Positions 46,901 to 56,997 of a stretch of 64,000 bases of DNA are shown here, piece after piece. Each line of letters starts with the position of its first letter. Position 1 is the first letter of the stretch. A program made the position numbers and the translations under genes. The notes beneath the pieces are model-generated. The model did no database searches. It was not told where the DNA came from and saw only the letters and a list, made by a program, of their open reading frames with translations. Source of the DNA: a bacterium (GTDB taxonomy: Bacteria; UBA8248); contig CBDBEV010000001.1 of assembly GCA_965204535.1 (NCBI GenBank), positions 576,001-640,000 on the forward strand. The letters run 5' to 3'.

Positions 46901-47032
46901 CTACACGCTACAAAACTCCTCCTCGCCCCCCGCCTCGTCGCGCAGCTTGCGGATCGTGTAGGCGTCGAGTCCGAGCTCTGCGAGCAGTTCGTCCGTAGTG
47001 GGAACATCGACGTCGAAGTCGTTCTCGTACAT
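46901..47032 (-). CDS. 43-aa highly acidic protein
   Basis: AGGAG RBS; MYENDFDVDVPTTDELLAELGLDAYTIRKLRDEAGGEEEFCSV. Confidence 0.55.
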   Translation of the reverse strand: MYENDFDVDVPTTDELLAELGLDAYTIRKLRDEAGGEEEFCSV

Positions 47033-47669
47033 GGCCAAGCCTCCTATCGGTTGTCGCACCCGGCAGCAGGAGTTGGAGACCGTCTCCCTCTCCCTACCGG
47101 GCATTTGCCCGGCTCCCCGCTTCGCTCTTCCTCTTGGGAGGAGGGGTTCCACCGGTGTCGGAACTTTCGTGGGCCGTGAGCGGCCTCCGTCCCGACCGGG
47201 TAGTCCCGGAGACAGACGCAAGCGGAAGCCCACCCGGGCCGGCGCGCGGTTAGGGATTCGGATGGATGAGGGGTGGGTGAACGGAGGCGTATCGAGGGGT
47301 GGGGGTTTCCGGGAGGCGCCGTTCTTGTCATCGCCAATGAGGTTAATCGTCGGTGCTCTCGCGCCGCAGGCCGGTTTGTCGGCGACCGCGGCGGCAGGGA
47401 CGGCGGTGTCACGGTGGCGGCGTTACCGGTGGCGGGACTGCTCTGCCGGGTTGCGGCCGCCCCGTGTGGTCGTATCCGGTCTCGTGGCTCGGCGGGGTAG
47501 ACTTCCCCCCGCCCCCGGCGAGAATGAAACCGGACGGCTTCGGGACGGCGATAAGTATCCGCCGAGCGGCGGAGGCGAGGCCGGCGTCAAGCACTCCCTC
47601 GCCGGTCGGATAATACCCCCACCGGCGGCAGGCCGGCTGCACGTGCAGGCGCGGCCGCCTGACTCCCGG

Positions 47670-47897
47670 TTACGACCACAGCGGGTGTGTATCGACGAGG
47701 TGCTGCGCGACCTCGCGGATGCGGCGGCGTTCGTGCACGCGCCGGGGACCCCGGGGATCCTCGTCGAGGTGCACGACGTAGAAGACTTGGCCGGGGGCGA
47801 GGATATCGTCGCGGCGGTAGACGTTGCCGACATACTCGTCCCCGGCGTAGATGCGGGACTCGTGCGGGGCGATCTGCTTGAAGGTGATGCTGTCCAT
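47670..47897 (-). CDS. hypothetical protein (75 aa)
   Basis: Purine-rich RBS, globular-looking sequence MDSITFKQIAPHESRIY... Confidence 0.6.
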   Translation of the reverse strand: MDSITFKQIAPHESRIYAGDEYVGNVYRRDDILAPGQVFYVVHLDEDPRGPRRVHERRRIREVAQHLVDTHPLWS

Positions 47898-47930
47898 TCT
47901 CTCTCTCCTCTCACCGGGGCTTCGCCCCAC

Positions 47931-48926
47931 TCAGACCCCCTCCTCTCCGACTCCCGCGAGGCGGAAGAGCGGAGCGAGCCGTGAGGCGAGGACAGGGGCG
48001 CCGAGCGAAGCGAGGTCGTCGTTGAAGTCTCCGCGTTCGGAGACGATGACGCGGGCGGCGACCCCGGCTCGTGCGCAGCGCGCGGCGAGGCGTTCCGTCG
48101 CTCTCTCGCCTTCCGGGTCGTTGTCCCTTGCGACGATGAGACAAGAGACCCCCTCGGGCGGGACGAAGGCGCCGAGGCTGCCCGCGGAGAGGGCGGCCGC
48201 GGCGGGGACCCGGGGCGCCGCGGTGACTACCGAGAGAACCGTCTCGATGCCCTCCCCGACCAGGAGGGCGGCGCCGGGGGCGCCGAAGCGAACGGCGTGT
48301 CCGAAGACCCGGCCGAGCGCCTTGCGGGACGGGAGGACGCCGGCCTTGGCGGACGAACCGGGATCGATCCAGGTGCGGTGGACGCCGTGGAGCGCGCCTT
48401 CGGTGTCGGTCACGGCGGCGACCAGGGCGGGCAGGCGTCGGCCGGCTTCACGGTGGTAGAGCGCGGGGTGGAATCGCAGGGAGGGGAAGCGGAACCGCGT
48501 GATCCCCCGGGCGCGGAGGTAGGCCTCCCCCGGGCCGTTGTCGAGCGGACGGCAACCCCGCCAGATGCGCCCCGCCGCTTCCCTGGCGTCGTATGGAGGG
48601 CCCCCGCCCGTGGACGGCGGAGCGGGCAGGGCGAGGAAGGCGCGCGCCTCGTCCATGGCCGCGCGAAGCGTGGGCGCGGCGCTCCGGTGGCGGATCAGGT
48701 CGAGCAGGTCGCCGTGCTCCCCGGTGGCCGCGTCCGTCCACTTGCCCGGCGCGCCCGGAGGCTTCAGGCGGACGAAGAGCGAGCGTCCGGGCGAGCCTTC
48801 GAGGTTGCCCGCGACCCAGTAGCGGCCCTGCTTCTTGCCCCCGGGCAGGTATTGGCGGCAGACGTCCTCTGCGCGCGAGGCGAGTGCTGCGGCGATCCCG
48901 GCCGCGGGAGATGGTGTTCGAAGCAT
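47931..48926 (-). CDS. toprim domain / primase-like protein
   Basis: GKWTD.ATGEHGDLLDLI, YL.ARGI, G.HRTW, VGEGIET, ARDND, GDFNDDL. Confidence 0.85.
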   Translation of the reverse strand: MLRTPSPAAGIAAALASRAEDVCRQYLPGGKKQGRYWVAGNLEGSPGRSLFVRLKPPGAPGKWTDAATGEHGDLLDLIRHRSAAPTLRAAMDEARAFLALPAPPSTGGGPPYDAREAAGRIWRGCRPLDNGPGEAYLRARGITRFRFPSLRFHPALYHREAGRRLPALVAAVTDTEGALHGVHRTWIDPGSSAKAGVLPSRKALGRVFGHAVRFGAPGAALLVGEGIETVLSVVTAAPRVPAAAALSAGSLGAFVPPEGVSCLIVARDNDPEGERATERLAARCARAGVAARVIVSERGDFNDDLASLGAPVLASRLAPLFRLAGVGEEGV

Positions 48927-49012
48927 GGCGGACCTCCTCTGGATAATGAACAAAAAAAGAGACGGCGCGTGAACGCTCCCGCCCCGCCTGGCCGGCTGTG
49001 CACAAGGGGGGT

Positions 49013-49273
49013 TCAACCGGCGGGCTCGTCGTCCTGAGCGGGGCCCATCGAGCGCGCGGCCAGGGCGGACCAGGCCTCCCGATCCTTTCCGAGGCGGGCG
49101 TTCAGCCGATCGCAAAAGCGCTCCGCGTCTTCCAGGGTCAGGGCGATGAGGCCGGTGGGTATGCTCCCGCTCATCCCGTCGATGACGAGCCGTATCTCCT
49201 GCGGCGCGTCGGCCGGGCCGTAAGCCGGGCAGAAGGCGAAGTCGGGGTCTTCCGGCAGTATCTGTGAAGTCAC
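49013..49273 (-). CDS. hypothetical protein (about 86 aa)
   Basis: Probable GTG start with GGGAG RBS; co-oriented in the leading-region array. Confidence 0.55.
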   Translation of the reverse strand: MTSQILPEDPDFAFCPAYGPADAPQEIRLVIDGMSGSIPTGLIALTLEDAERFCDRLNARLGKDREAWSALAARSMGPAQDDEPAG

Positions 49274-49370
49274 GGTTAGATCTCCCTTGAATGATGAAGA
49301 CATCGTTATGATCCCCCGCCGGCCGGAGAAGCGCCGGCCATACGTATGGGTGCCGGCCGCACGCGCGGGT

Positions 49371-52300
49371 TCAGTCGGCGAGGGGACGCTCTTCGAGGAC
49401 GCGGCCGAGGACGGCTGCGTCGGGCGCGAAGACCCGCGCTCTCCAGGAGATGATCTCGACTGTACAGCCCGCGCGCTTGAGGGCGGTGAGCCGGCGGTCG
49501 TCGGGGCCTTCGATCTCCAGGCGCTGCGCTCCCATGACGCGGCGGCGCGTGAGGCGCCAGCCGTTCGCGAGGGTCAGGACCTCGCCGCGTCCCATGACGG
49601 CGTCGAAGGCCTCGTCTGGGCCGAGGGACGGCCCCCCGTCCAGACCGAAGGCGGCGCGCACGGCCCGGACGCCGGTTGCGTCGAGGGCGCGTCCGATCAT
49701 CGCCTCGCCCGCGTCGGTGGCGAGGCGCCGCACCCGCATGTTCTCCGCACCCAGGCGGTCCCAGACCGGAAGGAGGAGCCCCGTCACGAGCCAGAAGCGC
49801 GATTCCCGGTGCGAGGGGAGCGAGGCGACCTCTTCCTCCCAGAGGGAGCGCCACTCGGTTTCGCCCGCCTCGCGCCAGTTCGAGGCATCGAGTTCGGCTC
49901 TCGCCACCCCCTCCCGCGCCGCGGGCCTCAGAAGCCTTGCGCGTTCCTGCACGCCTCCGTCGTCGAACAGCATCGAGGGCGCGGGCAGGACGACGGCCGC
50001 ACGCCCCGAGCGGGCGTTCACGACGAGCGCGGTCGCGCCGGACTTACCTGCCGTCTCGAGCGCGGCGGCGGCGGTGACGGGCACGAGCCGGTCGCGGCGG
50101 AGGATCTCGACGAGGCCTGTTTCCGCCCCCGTCCCGGGGTGGGTGTAGAGGGTCTCGCTGCCGGCCGCCGTGAGCGAGTCCGCGCTCAGGGTCTCGACGC
50201 CGACCTCGTAGGTCCCCGCCTCGACGGCCGCCTCGATGTTGGACTCGACGCGGGATTCGAGTTCCGCGAACAGCGCGTTCTGCTCCGCTATGGGAAGCGC
50301 GAGCAGGCGATTCAGGAACCTGGGCATGGGCGGGAGGTCTTCTTTCAGCGATCCCTCGTAGGTGAGCTTGAGTCCCGTCGCCTCCTCGAAGCGCTCGAGG
50401 GACCAGCCGGGGAGACCGCCCCGCCACAAGGCGCCGTAGAACTGGCGCAGCGCCGCCCGGGCGTAGGGGCTTTCGAGGTTGTCGCCCGCGCGGAAGAGAG
50501 TGGCCTCGCTCCCGGCCATGGCGGTCTGGGAGTTGCGCTGTCCCCGCGTGATGGCGCCCAGGGAATCGAGCCGCCGCGCGATGGTGGCGATGAAGCGTTT
50601 CTCGCCCTTCACGTCGGTGGTCACGGGCCGGAAGAGCGGCGCCGAAGCCTGGTGCGTCCGGTGGGTGCGGCCCAGTCCCTGTATCGCCTGGTCCGCCCGC
50701 CAGCCTGGTTCGAGCAGGTAGTGGACCCTCCGCTGCGTATTGGCGGCGGAGAGGTCGGCGTGGTAGCTGCGCCCCGTGCCGCCCGCCATCGAGAAGACCA
50801 GGATCCGCTTGTCTCCGTCCATGAAGGCCGCCGTCTCGGCGAGGGAAGCCGATGCCGGGCGCGGACGGAGCGCGTGCCTGGTACCCTGCGCGTCCTCGAT
50901 CCGGAGCACTCTCCTGGAGCGGCCGGTCACCTCGGCCACGGCGTCGTGGCCGAAGCGGTGCACGATCTGATCCAGTGCTGAGGGCACGGGCGGCAGCGAA
51001 GCCAGCTTTGCTATCAGCGCCTCGCGTTTGGCGAGGGCCTCCTGGGAGAGGACGGGGTTTCCGTCCTCATCGACGGCGGGCCGGCTCATGAGGTTCCCCT
51101 CATCGTCTGTGAAGGGCTCCTGCAGCTGCACCGGGAAGGCGTGGGCGAGGAAGTCGAGCACGTATTCCCGGGGCGTGAGGTCGATCGAGAGGTCGTCCCA
51201 TTCAGACGCCGGGATCTCCGCGATCCGCCGCTCCATCAGGGCTTCTCCGGTGGAGACGAGCTGGATCACGGCCGAGCGGCCGGCGTCCAGGTCCGCCTCC
51301 ACGGCCCGGATGAGCGAGGGACACTTCATCGAGGTCAGGAGGTGGCCGAAGAACCGCTGCTTGGCGCCCTCGAAGGCGGAGAGGGCGGCTGATTTCGCGT
51401 TCTTGTTCAGCGTTTCCTCGCCCTGCATGATCCCGGTGGCCTCCAGCGCGTCCTGGAGGTTGGCGTGGATCACCTTGAAGGCGCCGGCGTAGGCGTCATA
51501 GATGCGGCGCTGTTCGGGACTCAGCGGGTGTTCGAGGATGTCGACCTCGATTCCCTCATAGGAGAGCGCCCGCGCCTGGTACAGCCCCAGGGCCTTGAGA
51601 TCGCGCGCCACCACCTCCATGGCGGCGACGCCCCCCGCCTCCATCGCGGTTACGAATTCCTCGCGGTTTTCGAAGGGGGTCTCTCCCGCGCCCCAGAGAC
51701 CCAGGCGGCCCGCGTAGGCGAGGCCGGTCACGGTGGTGGCGCCGGTGGCAGAGACGTAGAGGACCCGGGCGCCAGGAAGCGCGTTCTGGAGCCTGAGCCC
51801 CGCCCGTCCCTGGGCGGAGGGCTTGACGGCGCCGCGCGAGCCCCTGGAACCCGCCGCATTGGCCATGGCGTGCGACTCGTCGAACACGATCACGCCGCCG
51901 AAGCCGTGGAGGTCTTCCTCTTCGAGACCGCCCGCGAGCCAGGCGACCACCTGTTCGAGCCGCGACGCCTTGCCCTCCCGGGCCGGCGCGCGCAGCGTGG
52001 CGTAGGTCGCGAACAGGACCCCGCTCTCGTGCGGGATGTCGGCTCCCTGGCGGAAGCTGCCCAGCGGGATCACGTCCTCGGCGCTTCCCCCGAGGGCGCA
52101 CCAGTCCCTCCGGGCGTCTTCGAGCAGGTTGGCGGAGGCCGATAGCCAGAGCGCGCGCTTCCTGCCGCGGAGCATGTTGTCGAGGATGACCGCGGCCACC
52201 TGCCGGCCCTTGCCGCACCCCGTGCCGTCACCCAGCATCCAGCCCCGGCGGAACCGCACCGGCGCCGAGAGGACTTCGCCGTCTTCCGTTACGGCTTCCT

Positions 52301-53786
52301 CGTCCGTGGATCCGCCTTCCTCATCGAAGCGGCGGACCGTCTCCCAGCCCGATCCGATACGGTAGCGTGCGGAGAGGTGGCGCTCGTGCGCCTCGCCGGC
52401 CAGGACGACGCTCTCAAGCTGCGCGTCGGACAACAAACCCTCGGTGACGACGCCCTCGGGCAGCAGCGGGCGGTGCGCGGGCCTTGGATGCGCGACGGCG
52501 GCCATGGCGGCCGACTGGACGAGCGGCGTGGGATGCGCCACGGCGCCCGGGAGATGGACGACGCCCGGCTTCCAGGGCGCGTAGGGGCCTGCCGTCTCGT
52601 CCTCGCCGCACGGCGGGGCCGCCTCGTATGCGAGCTCCGAGACGGGGCCCGGATCGCGGGCCGCCCCGGAGGTCGGCCGCGCGTCTCGCTTGCGTTTCCT
52701 CTCCTGCCTTGCGGGCCGCGGCGAGGTCGTATTGCCAAATAGATCGGCGGCGGGCTCGGGCGCCATGCGCGGCGGAACACGCGCCGTGACCGCATCGAGC
52801 AGTTCGGCTGCGTCCGCCGCGCGGTCTCCCGGGTCGACGGCGACGCCGGGTTCCCCGCTTTTCTCGATCACGGTGAGCCGGGTGTCGAACGTCGTGCCGC
52901 GCCTCGCGTAGGCGCGCCCGTCGACGCCCATCGTGAAGACGACGCGGGCGGGCGTCTCCAGGGATGAGAAGGCCGCCTTCCAGGCCGCATCGCCCGGGAC
53001 GCAGCCCGCCGACGTGACGGCGACAAGCCGTCCTCCCGGCGCCTGCGCGCAAAAGGCCGAGCGCAGGTGGCGCAGGTCCGCGTCATGACGGACCCGGGCG
53101 ACCCCCGGCGTCGCCGAGAACGGCGGGTTCATGAGGACGACGTTCGGCCGGACCCCCGGGAGGCGGTCGGCGATGGCCTCGGCGTCGTGGCGGGTGACGC
53201 CGGCATTCGGGAAGAGATGAGCGAGGAGGCCGGCGCGGACGTTCGCGATCTCGTTCAGGTGCAGCGTGTCCTCGCGTCCGAGCGCGCACTGCGCCATCAC
53301 GGCGAGCATCCCGGTCCCGGCGCTTGGTTCCAGAACGACGTCGCCTGCCCGGAGCGCCGCCGCCCGCACCGCGGCGTAGGCCAGGCCGAGCGGGGTCGAG
53401 AACTGCTGCAGGCGCACCTGGTCTTCCGAGCGCCTGGTGTGGGAGGGTTCCAGCGCGGACAGTTTTTCCAGCATGGCCAGCATGGCGGCGGGACCCTCCG
53501 CTCCGCCACCGGCCCGGCGGCGCATGGCCCGCCCGTAGCGTTTCAGGAAGAGCACGACGGCGGCTTCCGCCGCCTCGTAGGCGTCCTTCCAGACCCAGGC
53601 GCCCCCGGCGTCGGTGGCGCCGTGTGCGCCCGTCATGGCCTCGCGCAGCGCATTCGCGTCCAGCGGGCGTCCCGCCGCCAGGACGGGCAGCAGGGTCCGG
53701 GCGGCTTCATAGAGCGCATCGGCTTCGGTGGGTTGTGCGGAGCGGGCGGTGCGCGGACGCACCTCCGCCGTCAGGGCTTGCGGCAT
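49371..53786 (-). CDS. N6-adenine methyltransferase-like domain fused to strawberry-notch SF2 helicase
   Basis: QQFSTP, LEPSAGTG, NPPF; GDGTGCGKGRQ, FDESH, SATGAT, QGLGRTHR. Confidence 0.9.
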   Translation of the reverse strand: MPQALTAEVRPRTARSAQPTEADALYEAARTLLPVLAAGRPLDANALREAMTGAHGATDAGGAWVWKDAYEAAEAAVVLFLKRYGRAMRRRAGGGAEGPAAMLAMLEKLSALEPSHTRRSEDQVRLQQFSTPLGLAYAAVRAAALRAGDVVLEPSAGTGMLAVMAQCALGREDTLHLNEIANVRAGLLAHLFPNAGVTRHDAEAIADRLPGVRPNVVLMNPPFSATPGVARVRHDADLRHLRSAFCAQAPGGRLVAVTSAGCVPGDAAWKAAFSSLETPARVVFTMGVDGRAYARRGTTFDTRLTVIEKSGEPGVAVDPGDRAADAAELLDAVTARVPPRMAPEPAADLFGNTTSPRPARQERKRKRDARPTSGAARDPGPVSELAYEAAPPCGEDETAGPYAPWKPGVVHLPGAVAHPTPLVQSAAMAAVAHPRPAHRPLLPEGVVTEGLLSDAQLESVVLAGEAHERHLSARYRIGSGWETVRRFDEEGGSTDEEAVTEDGEVLSAPVRFRRGWMLGDGTGCGKGRQVAAVILDNMLRGRKRALWLSASANLLEDARRDWCALGGSAEDVIPLGSFRQGADIPHESGVLFATYATLRAPAREGKASRLEQVVAWLAGGLEEEDLHGFGGVIVFDESHAMANAAGSRGSRGAVKPSAQGRAGLRLQNALPGARVLYVSATGATTVTGLAYAGRLGLWGAGETPFENREEFVTAMEAGGVAAMEVVARDLKALGLYQARALSYEGIEVDILEHPLSPEQRRIYDAYAGAFKVIHANLQDALEATGIMQGEETLNKNAKSAALSAFEGAKQRFFGHLLTSMKCPSLIRAVEADLDAGRSAVIQLVSTGEALMERRIAEIPASEWDDLSIDLTPREYVLDFLAHAFPVQLQEPFTDDEGNLMSRPAVDEDGNPVLSQEALAKREALIAKLASLPPVPSALDQIVHRFGHDAVAEVTGRSRRVLRIEDAQGTRHALRPRPASASLAETAAFMDGDKRILVFSMAGGTGRSYHADLSAANTQRRVHYLLEPGWRADQAIQGLGRTHRTHQASAPLFRPVTTDVKGEKRFIATIARRLDSLGAITRGQRNSQTAMAGSEATLFRAGDNLESPYARAALRQFYGALWRGGLPGWSLERFEEATGLKLTYEGSLKEDLPPMPRFLNRLLALPIAEQNALFAELESRVESNIEAAVEAGTYEVGVETLSADSLTAAGSETLYTHPGTGAETGLVEILRRDRLVPVTAAAALETAGKSGATALVVNARSGRAAVVLPAPSMLFDDGGVQERARLLRPAAREGVARAELDASNWREAGETEWRSLWEEEVASLPSHRESRFWLVTGLLLPVWDRLGAENMRVRRLATDAGEAMIGRALDATGVRAVRAAFGLDGGPSLGPDEAFDAVMGRGEVLTLANGWRLTRRRVMGAQRLEIEGPDDRRLTALKRAGCTVEIISWRARVFAPDAAVLGRVLEERPLAD

Positions 53787-53904
53787 GGCTCTCTCCTCGG
53801 TTGTCGTGGGAATGAGGGAGGGCGCCCCCGGGGGATCGCTCCCCCGGGACCTCCCGGAACGCCCCGGCCGGCCTCTCTCGGCCTCTACCTGGTGTGAATG
53901 GAGG

Positions 53905-54222
53905 TCAGGTCCGGCCGGCGTTCCTGAGCTTCGTGACGAGGCCTTCGATCATGGCGGCGTCTGCGCCGCAGGCCTCGCCCCAGCCTCTCAGGTTGCGCTC
54001 GAATTCCGCGAGGCTGCCGAGATGGGCGTTGAAGAAGGGATCGGCGTCCGTGGCCGCGAGGACGCTGTCCCCCGCGATCGCGACGCCCGTGATGGCGGGC
54101 TCCGTCACGGGCGGCAGCTCCAGCAGCCAGCAGAGAAATGCCGCGAACATCGGCGAGAGGCCTTCCCCGCGCCGGGGGTCCATGGGGTGTGTGGTCGCAG
54201 TCCGGGATTCGGTGTCGGGCAT
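53905..54222 (-). CDS. hypothetical protein (105 aa)
   Basis: GGAGAG RBS; co-oriented; protein-like composition. Confidence 0.6.
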   Translation of the reverse strand: MPDTESRTATTHPMDPRRGEGLSPMFAAFLCWLLELPPVTEPAITGVAIAGDSVLAATDADPFFNAHLGSLAEFERNLRGWGEACGADAAMIEGLVTKLRNAGRT

Positions 54223-54283
54223 GGTTCTCTCCTGTGTGGATAAGGAAATGCGCCCCGCCGGAGCCGGGCATCGCAGAGGCTAG

Positions 54284-54664
54284 TCAGCCGGCGACGGCCT
54301 TCCCGCGTCCGGCGGTGTCGAGCTCGGGGCCGTATTCGACGATCCGGCCCGCGGCGCGGGCGGCCTCGGCGTAGGCGGAGAGGGTGAATTTCGCCTCGAA
54401 GTACAGGTCGCGCTCGATACCCAGGCCGAACGGCCCCTTGAAGGCTTCGAGCTCACTGAGAGAAAAACTCCCGACTTCCGGTGTGCCGAAGCCGAGATCG
54501 GCGAGCCCGAAGGCTATGGACTCATCCTCGGGATCGAGTTCGGTCACGAGCCAGGTCCCTGCGCCGCAGGGATTGAACAGCTTGACCACGGGGACGTGAT
54601 CGGCGCCGCGCCTGGCGCCGTTTGCGAGCAATTGCTCGCGTTGTTCCGGTGTGACGAGTTCCAT
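54284..54664 (-). CDS. DUF2958 domain protein
   Basis: PVVKLFNP.G..TWL.TE, FGLADLGFG.PE.G, IERDLYF. Confidence 0.88.
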   Translation of the reverse strand: MELVTPEQREQLLANGARRGADHVPVVKLFNPCGAGTWLVTELDPEDESIAFGLADLGFGTPEVGSFSLSELEAFKGPFGLGIERDLYFEAKFTLSAYAEAARAAGRIVEYGPELDTAGRGKAVAG

Positions 54665-54718
54665 CGGTGTTCTCCTTTACTTGCAGGATGGATGTGGGAA
54701 GACCTGATTGCGTGATGC

Positions 54719-55192
54719 TCAGAAACCGAGAAACCGGACCCGCGCCCGGCCCCCGGTAACGGTGCAGTCGGGCGCGCCGTCCGGGCGGCGGCGGATCGTC
54801 ACGAGCGGCTTGTTGCGGGGCGGGTGGGGCGGATCGGATAGCTCGCTCGTGATCGTGGCGCCGGGTGTCTCGAAGCGGAGCAGGACCCGCCCCCGGGACA
54901 CCTCGACGGCGCCGCCGCCCGGCCGGCCGGGGTCGGTCAGGGTGATGACCGGCGGCTCGCCCCGCTCGGTGAACCGGTCGGGGACCGGCCATTCCGCGTC
55001 CGGGTCCCGGGAATCGGCGCCCTCCCGGACGTCGTCCACGAACACCCTGCGGCAACGTACGTCCGCCCCCCGGTCCGCATGGGCTTTCTCGACGGCCTTT
55101 TCCAGCGCCTCCTCCAGGGTCTCCGCCTCCACGGTGAACGGATCGGTGAAGCGGGCCGCGTATCCGCACCGGACGGTCCAGGTCTTTTTCAT
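54719..55192 (-). CDS. hypothetical protein
   Basis: ATGA overlap with the upstream gene; VEAETLEEALEKA motif. Confidence 0.55.
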   Translation of the reverse strand: MKKTWTVRCGYAARFTDPFTVEAETLEEALEKAVEKAHADRGADVRCRRVFVDDVREGADSRDPDAEWPVPDRFTERGEPPVITLTDPGRPGGGAVEVSRGRVLLRFETPGATITSELSDPPHPPRNKPLVTIRRRPDGAPDCTVTGGRARVRFLGF

Positions 55193-56913
55193 GGGGATAC
55201 CTCCTCTTCGGCCAGGTCGACCCCGACGGCGCCGCCTCGCACGGTGATGGTGACGGCGCGCTCATTGGGAATGAGCCAGAACAGTTCGCGCCGCACCGCG
55301 CAGGCGATCGTGCGCCTGAGCGCCTCCTCTTCCGAGCACAAAAGGCCGATGGCCAGGTGCAGGGCTTCCTCCTCGAAGCGCGCGCGCTGGGTTTCCCAGC
55401 TGTCCGCGTCCGACTCGTCCGACGGCGAGAACCAGGCGTCGCGCAGGACGTCGGCGAGTTCGGCGGGCTCGATGGCGCTGTCGGCCGTGACCAGCGGCTC
55501 CACGTCCGCGAGCCAGGCCCAGGCCTCGCCCGCGAAGACGAGGTCGGCGTCGAGCGCGATGGTGTCGCTCGTCCCGTCCGGGTCCTCGACGTCGAGACTC
55601 ATGCGGATCGCATCGGGGCGCGGCAGCGGCTCACCGGAGGGACTCGACCGGTCGGAGATGGTCTGAAAATCCTCGAGGGGACGGGCCTCGCCGCCGAGCG
55701 CGACATCGGTCCGGACGTCCTTGACGCGCGGGAGGGCGTCGTACCAGGGGTAGCCCTCGAACCTGCGGTCGCTCTCGAACAGACGCGGCGCCGTCCCGCC
55801 GCGTTCCGCCGCGCGCCAGAGCGCCTGCGCTTCGGGGGGTCCGAGTTCCGCATCCATCAGGAGCGCGTCTGCGGGCAGGGGTGCGGGCGAGGGTCCCGCG
55901 AGCCAGTTGTCGATATCGGCGACGGGAGGCCGCCAGGGGCGCAGCGCGGGCGAAGGCGCCGGCAGTTCGACCCCTGCCGTACGCGCGCGCCGCCATTCCT
56001 CGAATGCGATGACCGGCGCGGTCTCCGCCATGGCCATCGCCCGGTAGATCGCGACCCGCGCCGCTTCGCGCATGTCTTGCAGGAAGGGCGTCTCGACCGC
56101 CTCCTTCCGCGCCGGCAGGACGAGTTCGAGTTCCGGGCAGTTCGCGACCTCGGCGCGTACCGACCAGGCCGGGCCGTCGACGGGGTGCACCGTGGGCAGG
56201 CGCACGGGCAGGACCAGGCCGTGGAAATTCAAGTCCGGTTCATCCCGGTAGCGGCTTCTGTTCGCGAAGACGCCGAAGGCGAGCCCGCGCCAGGATTCGG
56301 TGTGAACGGCGTTTTCGAGAAAATCCCGGCGCGGGAGGGATCCGCCGTCAAGCATGACCGGGAGCGGGTAGTGCCGGGCCGCGTTTTCGAGCGCGCGCCG
56401 GATTACCTCGCGGTTCTCTTCCGTACGGAAACGGACCGTCGTCCCGTGGGGTTCCGGTGTATCGGCGCCTGAGAGGACTTCCGCCTCCGCCTCTCCACGG
56501 AAGTGGGCGGGCGTGAGTTCGACGCGCCAGCCGGGGGCCGTCTCTCCACTGGCGGCGCGAGGACGCGACGCGACCGTGCAGCCGCGGCGCGCCAGGCTCA
56601 AAAACCCCATCCCCGCCGCGTCCTCGCGCCTCACCAGTTCTTCGCTCCAGCCGTTCTCGCCGAAGGAGAGCAACACGGCGGGGTCGGCGATCCCGCCCCC
56701 GTCGTCGGTGATGGTGACGGCCTGCGAACCGGAGGCCTCCTCGATGGTGACGCGGAGGCGCGACGCCCCCGCACGGCGGCTGTTCTGCAGCGCCTCGGTA
56801 AAGACGTCGGCGAGCCGCGCCGTGTACATCCTCGTGACGCGATGAAGGGCGCCCTCGTGGATCCGGGCGCAGACCCGCTTGGGCAGCGGTGAAACATTCG
56901 GTGTGTCGTTCAT
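55189..56913 (-). CDS. GHKL-type ATP-binding protein
   Basis: E.LQNSRRAGA, DDGGGI, AGMGFLSL, GTTV, LPARKE. Confidence 0.75.
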   Translation of the reverse strand: MNDTPNVSPLPKRVCARIHEGALHRVTRMYTARLADVFTEALQNSRRAGASRLRVTIEEASGSQAVTITDDGGGIADPAVLLSFGENGWSEELVRREDAAGMGFLSLARRGCTVASRPRAASGETAPGWRVELTPAHFRGEAEAEVLSGADTPEPHGTTVRFRTEENREVIRRALENAARHYPLPVMLDGGSLPRRDFLENAVHTESWRGLAFGVFANRSRYRDEPDLNFHGLVLPVRLPTVHPVDGPAWSVRAEVANCPELELVLPARKEAVETPFLQDMREAARVAIYRAMAMAETAPVIAFEEWRRARTAGVELPAPSPALRPWRPPVADIDNWLAGPSPAPLPADALLMDAELGPPEAQALWRAAERGGTAPRLFESDRRFEGYPWYDALPRVKDVRTDVALGGEARPLEDFQTISDRSSPSGEPLPRPDAIRMSLDVEDPDGTSDTIALDADLVFAGEAWAWLADVEPLVTADSAIEPAELADVLRDAWFSPSDESDADSWETQRARFEEEALHLAIGLLCSEEEALRRTIACAVRRELFWLIPNERAVTITVRGGAVGVDLAEEEVSP

Positions 56914-56941
56914 GTCATGGACTCCTTTAGACGTGAAAACG

Positions 56942-56975
56942 AAAAAAGCGCCCCGCAGCAAATGCCGCGGGGCGC
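56942..56975 (-). terminator. intrinsic terminator downstream of parB
   Basis: GCGCCCCGC / GCGGGGCGC stem plus T6 on the minus strand. Confidence 0.7.
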
Positions 56976-56997
56976 CGTGATGGAACGGGGATGCGAC

